NCBI GenBank assembly: GCA_964016885.1 | Contig: OZ024741.1 | Location: 265,422,001-265,486,000 of the forward strand | Length of the DNA stretch: 64,000 nt | Origin: Eledone cirrhosa | Lineage: Eukaryota | Reading direction: 5' to 3' | Part shown: piece after piece, positions 11,050 through 24,909 of the stretch | How the letters are laid out: the number at the start of each line of letters is the position of its first letter | Numbering within the stretch: the first letter of the stretch is position 1 | Made by a program: the position numbers and the translations under genes | The notes under the pieces: model-generated | What the model was told of the DNA's origin: nothing | Databases searched by the model: none | The model's input: the letters and a program-made list of their open reading frames with translations, nothing else

Positions 11050-13049
11050 GGGAGAAAAAACAACTGATGATGGATAATACCCTCTTTTGCCCGTAACTTT
11101 ATTTTCATTATATTTGTCTGCTAGGAATCAATATTTCTTCACGTTAGAGACAAGATATCTCAATCTCGTGAGATCAATAACTAGAATAAGTTATTGGGAT
11201 AAAAAGGGGGAGAAAAATAAAAAAAATACGGAAAATAAAGCAACGTAAAGAGAGGAAAAATATCAAGTCAACAAACTTTTTTCGGACACAAGTCCTGACA
11301 AGTTTGACGAGAGAGAACAGACACATCTTGACTGTAGCAGTGTGAGTGAGAAAAGAGACTGCTTGCAGTGGCAGACGAAGGAGGAAGTGAGCTAGCAGAG
11401 AGAGGGTGACTAGCAGAGAGGGAGTGAGTGAAAGTAAGAGGAAGCGAGAAAGAGATAGTTATAGAGGCAGGCTAGCAGAGAGAAGGTGACTAGCAGAGGG
11501 GGTGAGCGAAAGTAAGAGGGAGAAAGAGAGAGAAGGGGGAGAGTTGATAGCAACAAGGGAAGAGAAAAGACGGGTCACAGCGGATATGGAAAATTATATG
11601 AATATATATATATAATCACTGTTTAACATCCATTTTTCCATGCTAGCATGGGTTAGATGAGTTGTCCTGTTGTGATCAATGGTCTGAGTGCATTTTATCA
11701 TGGCACCAGCACTACCAATTTACAGTGTACTGGTTGCCTGTTATCATGGCACTACCACTGTGTAGAGCATCCTTGGTGCTGTTTATCATAGCTGGGCTTC
11801 CTCTACACTTTACATCTACCAGATTTCACTTGTAAGGCATTTGCAAACGAGTGACCATGGTAAGAGATACTTGCCCATGGTGTCACACAATATGGGCTGA
11901 ACTCAAAACTAAGTGGTTACAAAGTGAACTCTTTGATCATACATCCATGACTGTTCCTATAAAATTAACTTTTCTGATGCTAAACCACCTGAAACCAACC
12001 TTTCTTCTGTTATAGAAAGCTGTTACTTTTATCATTGAAAATTTAAGAACTTTTAAGTTATTTTCTAAACACCAACCTAATAATGAGAAAATTACCATAT
12101 ATGTCGACATTTGGAGCATAAAAATATCTCTCCAAAACCAAGGGTTAAATTGTCCACCGAAAATAAAATGTGGAAGTATGCGTGCTGCTTCGCCTGAACT
12201 ACACCTCAGAATTTTAGGGGCCGACCTATGTGCCGGATTGACTTATACGCCAGCTTATACAATAGTTATATTACTAATGCCCACACACACACACGAAAAT
12301 TCTTGATAATTGTCAAAATCATTTGAATATTATAGGAAGTGTCTTTCCTTAGCAATGGCCATATTTCTAATGAAATATACTCTATTTCAATTAATTAATG
12401 AATAATTTCAAGGGATTTACTAAAATTATTTATTATTTCATTACTGTGGTAGTAACTAAATATATTGTTTTTATACAAAATTATGTCAGAAGATTTCAAT
12501 TTAACCCTTTTGATACCAACCTGCATAATTGGGTTGTAGTCGCTGCAGATTATAATAGTTTTTATTATACAGAAACTATGTAATATAATGGATGCAACTT
12601 GATAACTTCTGTTTTCCACATACCAGTGGCTGGTGTGGGTCTGATTGTTTTACTGAAATTATGAATGCAGGTCAGCAGTTGGTTTAATGGTATTTTCTGA
12701 GTGTTTTGTTTGCTTGTTAGGGCAATTGATGGTCATATATATATATGGTGGTGGCAGTGTATACAAGTTAGGTTAGGCCGTTTAAGTGTGAGCGTTTATA
12801 GTAATAATGGCCACACACACACATCATGACCCCCCCCCCCCCCTCCCTGTAGTATCAGTAGTACAGTAATGGTCAAACAAACATCAAGGCCACCCCTCCC
12901 CTGCTCTCTAGTTTAAGTTGTGCAGTAATGACCAGACACAAACTTAACAACTCTTTGGTATAATCAAGTGGTCAGTGACTGACCAACTCGTTATATTCAA
13001 CAACTCATGTGATAAACTTATATTAAGAAAAATAAATAAATATATAATC

Positions 13050-13275
13050 TTTATCTTCATCATCCTCATCATCATCCTCACCATCATCACCATCACTTTC
13101 ATCACCATCACCAACATAATCATTCTCATTATGAACATTATCATCATCAGTATCACCACCAGCATCATTACTATCATCATTATCATCATCATCATCATTA
13201 TTAACATCATCATCAATATCATCAACATCATCATCATCAACATCAATATCATTATCACCATTATCATCATCACCT
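13050..13275. repeat. Degenerate (ATC)n microsatellite
   Basis: Direct inspection; explains the poly-Ile and poly-Met ORFs. Confidence 0.95.
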
Positions 13276-13439
13276 GTCTATATGTACAATGCTGGCTAAA
13301 AATCAATAAATTATATTCTGTAATACTGTATTGATAAAATTGAGCAGTGAAATCTATAGATAAGTACATTGTTGTTCTCAAAACACAATATTTAACCCTT
13401 TCCTTAATCAAGAATGTAAAGGGATTCAGTAATAACTTT

Positions 13440-14635
13440 ATCATTATTATGTTATGCCTCTCCAGTAAAGTTTATGCTAAGTGTCTGGCAAAGAGAGGTC
13501 AGGATATTGTCGAGTTCAAACTAGCTGATGAACTGTGCAGAGACAGTGCGGCTGACCAAATATTCACACTGCAGCAGCTCTTTGAGAAATTGTAGGAGTA
13601 ATGCCAAGAGATATATGTATGTTTCATAGTTCTTGAAAAGGCATATGACTACATTCCACAGGACCTGTTGTGGAAGGTTCGGCAGGTGTATGGGATCGAT
13701 GGTTAGCTTCTTGTTGCTCTGATGTCTCTATACAAATTCCCAATATTTGTGTTTGGATAAATGGTGCTAAGTCGAAACTATTCAATGCGAGTGTTGGACT
13801 CTGCCAAGTGTGCATACTTTCAACTCTCCTGTTTATAATCTTCATGGACAGGATTGACATGCACAGCCAGTTTGGAAGTGGTATCATGACTGGTGAGTGT
13901 AGGATCAGTTGGCTGGAATTTGACGACAACTTGGTGCTGTTTAACTTATCAAAAGGTGATTTCCAATATGCACTTGATAGCTTTATTGTGTACTGCACGG
14001 TAGGAATGAAAATCAGTACTGTGAAGATTGAGACACACAAAGAAACCTGTGCAGTGCACTCTACATGTGAGTGGAGTTCCACTGAAGAAGGTGGAAATGT
14101 TCAAGTGTCTCGGGGCTATATTTATGAGTGATGGAAGGCAGGAGGCTGAATTAAGTTCAAGAATGGCCGGAGCATTGTTATAAAAAGAAGGGAGGTGGGT
14201 GTAAAAGCCAAACTTGCTATCTTCAATTTGGTATTCATGCCAACCCTTACCTATGGTCATGAATCTTCTGTAATGACCAAAAGAATAATATCACGAATGG
14301 GATTCTTCCGAAGGGTCTTTGGAGTAACGTTACTCAATAGAGTGCATAGCTTGGAGCTCAGAGAATTGCGCCAGGTAGAGCTGATACTTCTCTAAATTGA
14401 TGTGGTTAAAATGTTTAAGGTAAGAATCGTTGGGCTGATTTTATGGGCAAAAACAGCCAGTAGGAGATTCAGGGATTGACCCTGAACAAGATGGCTGGAT
14501 AACATCCATGAGCTTGACTGGTTTCGCTTGGGGATCTAGCCAGATCAATTGGAGATGGTTGCTTCTGACAGGACATGCTAGAAGGCGTGCTTGAGGAATT
14601 TGCCCCTTCCAGGAATAAATGGGCAAAGATGATTA
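13440..14635 (+). mobile_element. Old RTE LINE family 2 (Expander/Rex3-like) RT remnant
   Basis: Fragments KVYAKCL, DQIFTLQQLFEK, GLCQVCILSTLLFIIFMDRI, LEFDDNLVL, FKCLG, PTLTYGHES, MGFFRRVFGVTL with many frameshifts. Confidence 0.85.
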
Positions 14636-16941
14636 TTATTTTCGTGTTTGAAATATAACTTAAAGGGTCTTACATAAAATTATGATGAAAGCCTTTTAGA
14701 TAAATATAAACACTTTAAAATAAGCATTTTATTATTATAGAACTTGGGGTGGTTTCAGGCAATTTGGTACCAAAATAGTTAAACTCGTGTTTGGAGCATA
14801 ATTTAACAAAGGTTCCTACATAAAATTATGATGGAAGGTTATTAGATAAATATAACCACTTTAAAATATACAGTAATATAACTATCTCATTAATTAACTA
14901 GTGTTTGGAACGTAATATAACAAAGGTTCCTATATAATATTCTGACGGAAGATATTTAGATAAATATAAACACCCTGTTGTTATCATATTTCTAATGAAA
15001 AACATTGCTTATCATTTCCAGATAATTTTGGAGAAATTTAGTAATATAACTAGCTTTCTCTCATTATGAAGCTGTTTTTTTTTTTAGCATAGCTTAAAAA
15101 GCTGTTAGATAAAATTATGATGGAAGGCTTTTAGATAATTATGTACACTTTAAAATCGTAGAATTATGGGTGGTTCCAGGTAGTTTGGTACCAAAAGAGT
15201 TTTATGTATATATAATCCACTGACCCTTCAGAGCACCAGTAACAGATGAACTACTAATCATTTAGTCAAGAAGAACTCACTATGTTATAAACTATATAAA
15301 TTATCTTGGTTGATATGTGATAGACATAACATGTACATAAATTGTAGCACATGTACAAATAGATGTGTTTTGGTAGTTTGGTGAGAAAAATATAATCATT
15401 GAGGGAGGGGGCATGACCCCCCCCCCCCCCCCCCCCAGTTCCACCGCTCCTGTTATTGTAACACCAGCATTAGAGAGGTTGCCATGTCTTTGACACAACT
15501 GAAAGATCCTCCTGACCCTTATAAGTATGTATATTCTTAGAAAATGTTGAAATCCAAATATGGAAAATAACTGTGACAGTCGATTGCTATAAATGATAGC
15601 TTAGGTAATCAGGTAAAATGCTGCTATAGAAGGGGCCAACAGCCATACAAAAAAATCAAACTCTGTACCTTTTAAATTCCAGTTGTGGTTATATTTATTT
15701 TCTGCTTTTGAGATTTCTATGTTCTAGAATTTCAGCTTGCACAATGTACCGATAATTTACCTTCAAACTGTTTTTTTGTGTGTGTCTGTCTCCCATATCT
15801 GATTTTATGTCATGTAATTTATTAGTTTGACAAAACAAACCCCTCCAACAGAGCTGTGTTCTAAACTAGTAAAAGAACATATACATATATGTATATTTTG
15901 TGTATGATCTTAGCCATGCGGGACACTTTTTCAAAAATTTTACACCACCTGCGTTCTCTTTTCTCTCCTCTCTTTCTTTTTATCACTTACTCTCTCTCTA
16001 CTCCTTCTGTGTTGTGTTTCCCCATATAGGACTTACATCTCTTCTACCTTCTTTTTCTTACTTCTTCTGTGAATACCTTTTCTTCTCAACTATGTTGGGC
16101 TTTGTTGCCATCTCTGCTTTCCAGTTGCAGAACATTGGTTTGTAGCAAATATAATATAATTTGTAAATAGTTGAATGATTAATCATCCTGTCATGTGTCC
16201 ATGTACACTGGAGCTAGTGATATTTACCTTAAAGTACTGAAACTCGGCGGACATCTAGCTGTCGACTGATGAGTAGGGACTGTCCTGTGGTTCGGCTATT
16301 TTTCCGTCGTATTTGCCCCCTATCCCCTTTTAATTCATTTTGTATGACCTTAGCCATGCAGAACACTTTTTCAAATATATATATATGTGTGTGTATGTAT
16401 ATTATAAGTAGGTCCCACGTTGAGTTGGGGTTAGGGTGTAACCACAGTAAAGTACTCAATACATGTGTAGAGTGAAGACAAGTTTATATAAGGCATTCCT
16501 GTTGATTTCATATGAATGAACAGTACTAGTCCTATAGAAGTGAGACATGGTCACCCAACCCAACTTGCCTCTAATTCAGACAAACCCATCTAACACATGC
16601 TAGCGTGGAAGATAGATGTTAATTGATGATGGTGATATATATATATATATATATAAATGTAAGTCCAAAGAACCATTAGATAAACTATATACAGTATTTC
16701 CTCTCCTAATCAGTATAAATCAACCACATAAAGAATCATTTAAACGAGGCTATAAGTTTAAAATGTACTAAAATAATAGACAAATGATACAGATTATTTT
16801 CCGCGATGTCATATGACACTTATCTAATTATTTCTTTTAGCCTGTAGAAATTGACTAGACAAATAGTTAACTACACAGAATTAGGTACAAAATAGATGTT
16901 TGAAGAAAAAATGCATATAAATATTACCAAAATTCTCTTAG

Positions 16942-17025
16942 TCTCTACTAACTGGTGGTTTCGTTCTGCTTTTTGGATATACCCGGTCTTGGATAAATCC
17001 ATGAGGATTGGAACTCATCAGGAGA
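16942..17025 (-). ncRNA. Type-I hammerhead ribozyme with intact core
   Basis: Minus strand tctc-CTGATGA-GTTC...GAAC-GAAA-C caccagtta G-TA-gaga: stem I tctc/gaga, stem II gttc/gaac with an inner hairpin, GUA site. Confidence 0.7.
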
Positions 17026-17849
17026 TACCTCAGACTGGACTAAGTTTCTTCTACCATGATCCCTGCCAGATATATATACACACATACATATATCTTTGGA
17101 GCTAGGAAGGGCTTCCAGCTGTAGAAATCAAGCCCAAATCAGTCCTGTATGAGCAAGACATGGTCACCTGACCTAGCATTGCTCACAACAGGACAACCCG
17201 TGTAACCCATGCTAGCGTGGAAGAATGGACGTAAAATGGCGATGATGATATACAGAGAGAGAGGTTCCGTTTACCAAATTCATTCACAAGACATTTGTCA
17301 TCCCAAGGTGCCACATGGTGGACTTGAACCTAAAACCACTTGGTTAGGAAACTTCTTAACCACACCACTGTCATGTTGGCACCTATATATTAATTTCAAA
17401 CATTGATAATAGGGGGCAGGGAAAGTTTAAATGAGAGAGAGAGAGGGAAGAATGGGTTTGAGTCAGAGAATGGCAATTAGATGACAAGTGGTGATGTCAT
17501 TTTATCTCCTTCTCTCCTTTTATATTTATAGCAGTCATTAATCATCATCATCAGCATCATTGTCATCATAATCATCACCATCATCTTCATTGTCATCATC
17601 ATCACCATCATCTTCATTGTCATTGTCATCATCATCACCATCGTCATCATCAGTATCATTGTCATTACCATCATAATTGTAATCATCACCACCATTGTCA
17701 TATCACAATCATCATCATCATTGTCATTATGATCATCATCATCGTCATGTAGTCACTAAAAAAAGGCTAAAGATATCCAGGTAATTGCTCACCTGCAACT
17801 CATGCTGCCCACCTGCTAATTACATTAATTTCACTTAATGAAGGTGTAC

Positions 17850-18125
17850 AGTTGCAGATGTCTCACTCTGTGTGTGCGTGCGTGTATTGAACTTCTGTTG
17901 GTTGTGACAAGTGGCTGAGCAGTCCGCAGACGTGTGTGTGTGTGTATGCGTGCATGTACGCGCGTGTGTGTTGATCCTCAGTTGGTTCTGACAAGTGGCT
18001 GAGCATTCCACTGACATGTTTGTGTGGGTGTCTATGTGTGTGTGTGTGTGTCTAGGTGTGTATCTGTGTGCGTGTGTTGAACCTCTGTTGGTCGAGCAGT
18101 CCAGACGTGTGTGTGTGTGTGTGTG
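17850..18125. repeat. ~70-bp minisatellite with embedded (GT)n
   Basis: TTGAACCTCTGTTGGTTGTGACAAGTGGCTGAGCAGTCCGCAGAC-(GT)n repeated about three times with decay. Confidence 0.75.
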
Positions 18126-18610
18126 TGGTGGCAGTAGTAGTGGTAGTGAGGGTGGCAGCTATGGTGGGGTAGGTGGTGGTGACGGTTGTAGTAATGGTGG
18201 GGGGAGGCCGTGGTGATGAGGGTGTTGGTGTTGATGATGGTGATGGTGACGAGATTGGAGGATATGTTGTGAGGTTAGTGGATGTGTTGGTGGCTGTGGT
18301 TGTGGTGGTGGTGGTGAGATTGGAGGATGTGGTGTTGGTGGCAGCAATGATGGGGGATGAGGTTAGTGGAGGTGTGTTGTTGTTGTGGTGGTGATGATGA
18401 TGGTGGTGGTGGTGGGAGGATAGAAAGCAAATCAAACTGGGCTCAGTTGTTTCAACAAAGCTGATTAAGTGATGAGGATGTAGTGAGGGGGAATAAATTT
18501 ATTTTAGCTAGATTAACTCTTGCTATAAGCTGTGATTGGTATGGGCTTAGGTAATGGCAGGGTTGAGAGGTGGGACATTTTCAATCTGAAGAGCCCCACA
18601 TTTTTTAAAT

Positions 18611-19072
18611 AAGCCCTAACACTCTGCCCTAGGCCCAGAGCCCATCTCCCTTCCCCTTCCCTTCTGTGGTCCTAGAGTTCTTGTTTTTCCTCCTCCTTTT
18701 CCTCTCATTAAAAGCCAAAAATTGTTTAAATAACACCTGCCACACCCAAGGCCCAGAGCCCTCCCCTTCCCTTCTGAGACCCTAGAGTCCTTGCTTTCCC
18801 CTCCTTTTCCTCTCATTTATGGCTTTCATAGTCCTTTCCTCTACTTTGCCATAAAGCCAGAACTGCCCTTCCCCACCCCTTCCCCATTTCCTCATTACTT
18901 AATTTTGCTTTATTAATAAAAATAAAAAAAAATCAAACAAATCTATTTCAAATAACAACACTAGAGATATTTAAAAACGGAAAATGAAGGGAAAGGCGAG
19001 GGTTCTAGGGTCGCAGAAGAAGGGGAGGGGGATGGGCTCTAGGCCTAGGGCACAGCGGTGTTGGGGCTGCAC
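18611..19072. repeat. Fold-back element: two direct ~100-bp units and one inverted unit
   Basis: CCCTAGGCCCAGAGCCCATC..CCTAGAG..TTCCTCTCATT at ~18625 and ~18745; reverse-complement copy at ~18981-19070. Confidence 0.6.
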
Positions 19073-19304
19073 CCTGTGACAAGGCTGCAAAAGCATTTCT
19101 GCGGACAATGGTCAGCAACACCTGTTGCAACAGCCACCCCACCTCATGGGGCTCCTTTCTCAGACGAGCTACTGATGTTCCGATCTTGCGATCTTTCTTT
19201 CTCATATCTATTTATTTTTTGAAAATAAAATTCTAATGCCATAAACAAAAAAATGTTTAAAATAGTAAATAAAATGACATAGTTATAATACAACACAGCA
19301 TATA

Positions 19305-19399
19305 CAGGGTGCCCCCAGAAATATATACACTTCAACAACATTCTAATAAATATTGCCTGTACAGGTAATCAAGGTGTATACATTTTTTGGGACACTCTG
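19305..19399. mobile_element. Tc1/mariner-type MITE
   Basis: TA|CAGGGTGCCCCCAGAAATATATACAC ... GTGTATACATTTTTTGGGACACTCTG|TA: imperfect TIRs and TA duplication. Confidence 0.7.
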
Positions 19400-19594
19400 T
19401 AATTGAAGATTAAGTCAAACATTAAAGGTAGATAAATAATCATTTTTGAATGAGAGGTTTTAACTGTGAAAATAATGAGCTACGAAGTGTAAGCACTCTC
19501 AAATATTTATCTGTACAGCTCATTCTTCTCATAGCTAAGGCCTGTAATTATAGTTATATCTGTCTTAAATGTTAGTGGAGATGCGTGGCCTAGT

Positions 19595-19865
19595 GGAGAT
19601 GCGTGGCTTAGTGGTAAGGGTGTTGGACTTATGATCATAATGTCATGAGTTTGATTCCTACACTGGGTTGTGTGTTCTTGAGCAAAACATTTCATTTTAC
19701 ACTGCTCCAGTATACTCAGCTGAAAATGAGTACCAGCAATATTTTAGGGTTTAACCCTGTGATAGACTAGTGTCCTGTTTTTATGGGGAGTCTTGTTCTC
19801 TCGGTCACTTCATGCTGGGATAAGCACCGGCCTGGTGAGTCTCTGGGCTTGAGACAAACTTTAGA
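19595..19865 (+). mobile_element. SINE family B head and body with an alternative tail
   Basis: TGGAGATGCGTGGCTTAGTGG..CTTGAGCAAAACA..TAACCCTGTGATAGACTAG..GGATAAGCACCGGCCTG..AAACTTTAG; related copies at 51170-51455 and 56225-56480. Confidence 0.75.
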
Positions 19866-20237
19866 AATGTAACTTAATCTAATAAATAAATAAAATATTA
19901 ATTGAAACTCTCAGAGCCACATAATCATCATAATCTATAATAATCTATAAAGCTCAGTGTGTGGTCATGCTCCTTTGTTATAGAAATCTACGATATAGAA
20001 TTTCTTCAATTGAAATTTACAATTCAGTATTCGAAATAGCTTCGATTGCGTCTTGACGCAGATAATTTTTTCAATTTCACCCACAATTACGCAAAAAAAA
20101 TAGATAAAACTCAATATTTTACGATTTTTTTTCTCTCATTTAAACTGCTGAACTCTTTCTACTACCATTCAAAATCTATACAACTTCATACTTTCTGCTA
20201 CTTTCTCTTTCCAAGCTTGATGGTGATACTGTCCGTT

Positions 20238-20744
20238 CACACCACTCCCTACTGTCTTAAATTTAGAAAACACATATCCTCTATGAGGTTATTAAACCTG
20301 CTAGAAACAGCAGCTAACTCTCTCCCATATCACACCCCTCCCTACTGTCTTAAATTTAGAAAACATATCTTCTATGAGGTCACTAAACCTGCTAGAAACA
20401 GCAGCTAACTCTCCCTCATACCACAACCCTCCCTACTGTCTTAAATTTAGAAAACACACAGACAACCATGCAGAACAACTCCATCGCAGCTCTGTTGTTC
20501 GGCTGGCATCGTCTACGCGCGTGTTGCGCAAGTACTGTGAAACAATAAATTTCAACACGTTTTTGCACAGAGATAAAATCCATAGGCGAAACTACAATTG
20601 TCACTGCTGGCGCAGCTCATGCTTCCAGGTCTGCAATTCATTCACCCAGTGCCTGGTAGACAAAAAAGTGCTGCCATAAAATGGGTGGTGCAACCTAACT
20701 TTGGTAACTTAATGACCCCGAGCAACGCCGGGCTTTAATGCTAG
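20238..20744 (+). mobile_element. Non-autonomous Helitron-like element with ~79-bp internal tandem repeats
   Basis: Ends in hairpin CCCG-AGCAACGC-CGGG, then CTAG|T; second copy inverted at 47105-47669. Confidence 0.75.
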
Positions 20745-21099
20745 TTTATTATAAAAAGGGTCAAAACGAGAGATTTATTACCTACCCAGGTAGGAGAAAC
20801 CACAAGAAAAAATCCAAATATCAATTGACGTCAGATAAAAAAAAACAAATTTCACCTATAGAAATCCAGAAAACAGGAAATTGCCAAACTAAAAAATTTG
20901 CCTAAATTCATGGGTTTTTTTTTTATTAATGGGTTTTTCTGTACTCCATGTTTTTTTTTTTTTTTTTTTTTTTTTGTTTTTCTGAAATTTGTTCTGGAAT
21001 TGCTTCAGTGCTTGTGTTATAAGGTGTGGCTTTTATTTTTAAACAAATTTACTGATTTAATCCATTTTGATACCAACCTGGTGAAAACAACTCATTTTA

Positions 21100-22204
21100 A
21101 CCCTTCATGACCACATTTTTAATGAAATACACTTTATTTTAATTAATTAATTGTTTCTACTTCTGGCACAAGGCCAGCAAATAACCCAGTGTATTACTGG
21201 TACTTTATTTTATCGACCTCGTAAGGATGAAAGGCAAAGTTAACCTCGGCGGGATTTATTTTAATTAATTAATGGTTTCTCATTTAGGCACAAGGCCAAC
21301 ACATTTTTGGGGAAGGGAAAGTTGATCAAATTAACCCTAGTGCATTACTGGTACTTTATTTTATTAACCCCGTGAAGTATTTTGAGGGATTTACTAAATT
21401 TATTCATTATTTCATTACTAAAATAGTAGCTTAATGTAAGGTTCTTATATAAAATTGTTCTAAAATTTTAATTTAAATTGGAAACCTTTAAAATGGGTGA
21501 TTTTATTTCATAGAACTAGGGCTGGTTTTGGCCAGGTTGGTAACTAAAGGGTTAACCACTTCATGACAGCATTTCTAATGAAATACACTTTATTTTAATT
21601 AATTAATGAAGAATTTTGAGGGATTTACTAAAATTATTATTTCATTACTAAGATAGTAACTTAATTGTTTCTACTTTAGGCACAAGGCCAGCAATTACCC
21701 AGTGCATTACTGGTACTTTATTTTATCGACCCCATAAGGATGAAAAGCAAAGTCAACCTCGGCGGGATTTAACTTAATGTAAGGTTCTTGTATAAGGACA
21801 GGATCATTGTAAGTGTCTTAGACGTATCTTAATACAGGATGTAAGATTCCTAACAAGGACTGAACATAATAGAATTAAATCCCCATTGTCACTGCTTCCG
21901 TCTCTTTTGCTCTCCCCATCTCTTTGTATTATAAGCAAATGGGAACCCACATATTGGCTGCCCTGTGGTCCCGGCGGACAGAATAGAGAAGGTATTTCCC
22001 TGGAGGATGGTGAGAGAGATGCGCTGGAAGAGCCATTCGAATTTGTGAGGCTTACACCTGCGGGTTGCCGACTTTGTGATGATGGTGGTGAATAGGGAGG
22101 TGGAATTATGTCGGAAGATTTTAATTTAAATTGAAAACCTTTAAAATGGAGGATTTCATTTCATAGAACCAGGGCTGGTTTTGGCCGGGTTGGTAACTGA
22201 AGGG
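21100..22204. mobile_element. Two adjacent piggyBac-type MITEs (family P2) carrying nested insertions
   Basis: TTAA|CCCTTCATGAC ... GGTAACTAAAGGG|TTAA|CCACTTCATGAC ... GGTAACTGAAGGG|TTAA; interrupted by truncated SINE-A copies with TSDs and a ~320-bp unknown insert. Confidence 0.7.
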
Positions 22205-22253
22205 TTAAACGATTTCTACTTATGTTCAAATTTTCCAATATAATTTAAGTTAA

Positions 22254-22455
22254 CACCTTAGTATTTAAACTGGCCGTATCCAGCCAGAATTGTCTCGTGT
22301 CTTTCTGTTCAAATTGGCGATAACTGGCCGCTCATACTTATGTTAAGGTATTGTTCTCAAATTAAATAATATAAAAATCTCGTAGATTCGATATTATGTG
22401 AGGTAAAACCACAAAAATACAATAATATATATAGAGTAATATAAATGCTAAAGGG
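22254..22455. mobile_element. piggyBac-type MITE (family P1)
   Basis: TTAA flanks, TIR resembling CCCTTTAGCATT; same family as 33482-33701 and 39657-39867. Confidence 0.7.
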
Positions 22456-24609
22456 TTAATATCTTTGTAATGAAATAATCAAAATTCTTCATAAATTAAT
22501 TGAAATTGAGTTTGTTTGATTGGAAATATGGCCACAAAAAGATTAATAATAAAATTTTAAAAAAATTTCAGAACACCTAAAAGCTACATGTTCCCACCCA
22601 TAGTTTACAGATGGAGGAAAGGGGGGGATCAGAAGGGAGATTTTTAGCTAAAAAAGAAAAAATTGAGATTATTGAAACCGTGATTTATTCCATAAATCAA
22701 CCATCATCATCACCGTTTAACATCCATTTTTCCAAGCTAGCATGGGTTAGACGGGTTGTCCTGTTGTGAGAAATGCCAGGTCAGGAGACCATGTCTTGCT
22801 CTCACGGATTTGATTTTGGCCTGGTTTCTACAGCTGGATGCCCTTCCTAACGCCAACCACATTTACAGTGAGTTCTGAGTGCTTTTTGTGGTGACACCTG
22901 CACAACCTCTTTACAGTGGGGGCTGGGTACTTTTTGTTGTGACACCTTCATGACCTCTTTACAGTGGGCTGGAGATAAGAAAACATGAATTTAGCTAACC
23001 ACTTGACAGTGTGTCCTGAGTGCACCAGCACTAGGGAGGTTACACTTTGAAAAATTCTTCTCTACCCTCATTTTTTTAAAGGGAGAAGGGCATGGTTTGT
23101 ACAACCTATGGCTCTTCCTAATGCCAACCATTTTACAGAATGTACTGGGTGAATTTTATTGTGGTACCAGCAATAAGGAGGTTATGTTCTTGATACAAGG
23201 AAAAGATCCTTTCTATCCTGCCCTCTTTTTTTTTTTGGAAGGAAGGGAGGCATGGTTCATACAACCTGACCACTGTACTATGTGGACTGGCCGCTTTTTG
23301 TCGTGGCACCCAAACAACCACTTTACAGTATGGACTGGGGGATGGGGGATTTATCTGGCAAAGGGTGGGGTGTTATGGTGTGGGTGGGGTGTTAGGACGT
23401 GGGTACAGTGGGGAAAAAGTAGCCAGCAGCTTCTACAGAGAATCACTCTCTTTCTTTCAAGTTCCAGTTGAGAACTCTAACAATTGAGCCAAGGGTCCTT
23501 CATTTCTAGGGGTATTTTACCTGATTTTCTAAGCTATTATTTATTGCAATCCTCCTCCACTACCACTACTATCCTACCACTACTTCCATTACTACTACAC
23601 CAACATTACCACCACCACCACTATTACTACTTCAGTCCCCCTCTACTCACATACCATTATCATGTCCTGACCAGGAATGCTATAACATATCCCACAATTA
23701 AACTTGTAGTTACTGTGAGAATAATATTTATAGAATCATTTCAATGTATTTTACATGTGATGTATTTGTATGTGTGTTTATCTAAACTATAATGAAGTAA
23801 TATTAATGATTGTGTTGTGAAGGCACGTGGCTTAGAGGTTAGAGCATGAGGCTTGCAATCGTGAGTTTGTAAGATACAGCCATAGAAGACAATTGGAAGT
23901 TTCTACAAGACAATCTACTGTCATGGACCCCAATAATGCTAACCCCTAGAATTAACCCTTTTGTTACCATATTATTAATGAAAAACATTGCCTAATTTGA
24001 AGAGCTTTAATAATATAATTTACTTTCTCATTATTAAGCTGGTGTTTGGAACATAACTTAACAAAGGTTCTTACTTAAAATTGCAATGGAAAGTTTTTAA
24101 ATGAATATAAATATTTAAAACAAACAGTTTTGTACCTTAGAACTAGGGGTGATTCCAGGTGGTTCAGTATCAAAAGGACTAAGCTGGTGTTTGGAATATA
24201 ACTTAAGAAAGGTTCTTACATAAAATTATGCTGAGAGCTTCTTAGATAAATATGGTTGTCCACACTGTAAACGTGGTTGGTGTTAGGAAGGGCATCCAGT
24301 CGTAGAAAAGCTGCCAGACAGTCCTATACAAGTGATACACGGTTTCCCGACCCATCTTGCCTCAAGTGGGACATTTTCCATCTAACCCATGCTAGTGTGG
24401 AAGATAGACGTTAAACAATGATGATGATGATGAACACTTTAAAAGAAATGGTTTTGTATCGTAGAACCAAGAAGGTAATCTCGGGTGGGTTAGTATCAAA
24501 AGAGTTAAACTGGTTGTTGTATATGATATTATCTGGTATAAGGAGTGCTAGGCTGCATTTTATATTATTAGTGCTGGTAAAATGCATTCTGTAGAGTATG
24601 GAACATGTG

Positions 24610-24865
24610 AAATGTAGGCTCCTGGTCCATCTGGGCACTTGGTAAATTGCAGGAACATATATAAGTGAGATGCAGGCTTCTGGCCCATCTGGGGACTTGG
24701 TAGATTGCAGGACTATGTATAAGTGAGATGCAGGCTGCTGGCCCATTTGAACACTTGGTAGATTGTAAGAACATATATAAGTGAGAGACAAGCTCCTGGC
24801 CCATCTGATCTGGGCACTTGGTAGATTGCAGGAACATATGTAAGCAAGTTGCAGGCTCCTGGCCC
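24610..24865. repeat. ~56-60-bp minisatellite
   Basis: GTGAGATGCAGGCTCCTGGCCCATCTGGGCACTTGGTAGATTGCAGGAACATATATAA, about 4.5 units, just before the gap. Confidence 0.9.
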
Positions 24866-24909
24866 CTCCTTGGGCTCAATAGCTCTTCTTGAGTGCTGAC
24901 CCTGGAAAG

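Noticed and set aside
16243-16295. GAAAC...CTGATGAG, possible circularly permuted hammerhead
   Set aside because: No NUH or stem III, and stem II does not pair in register.
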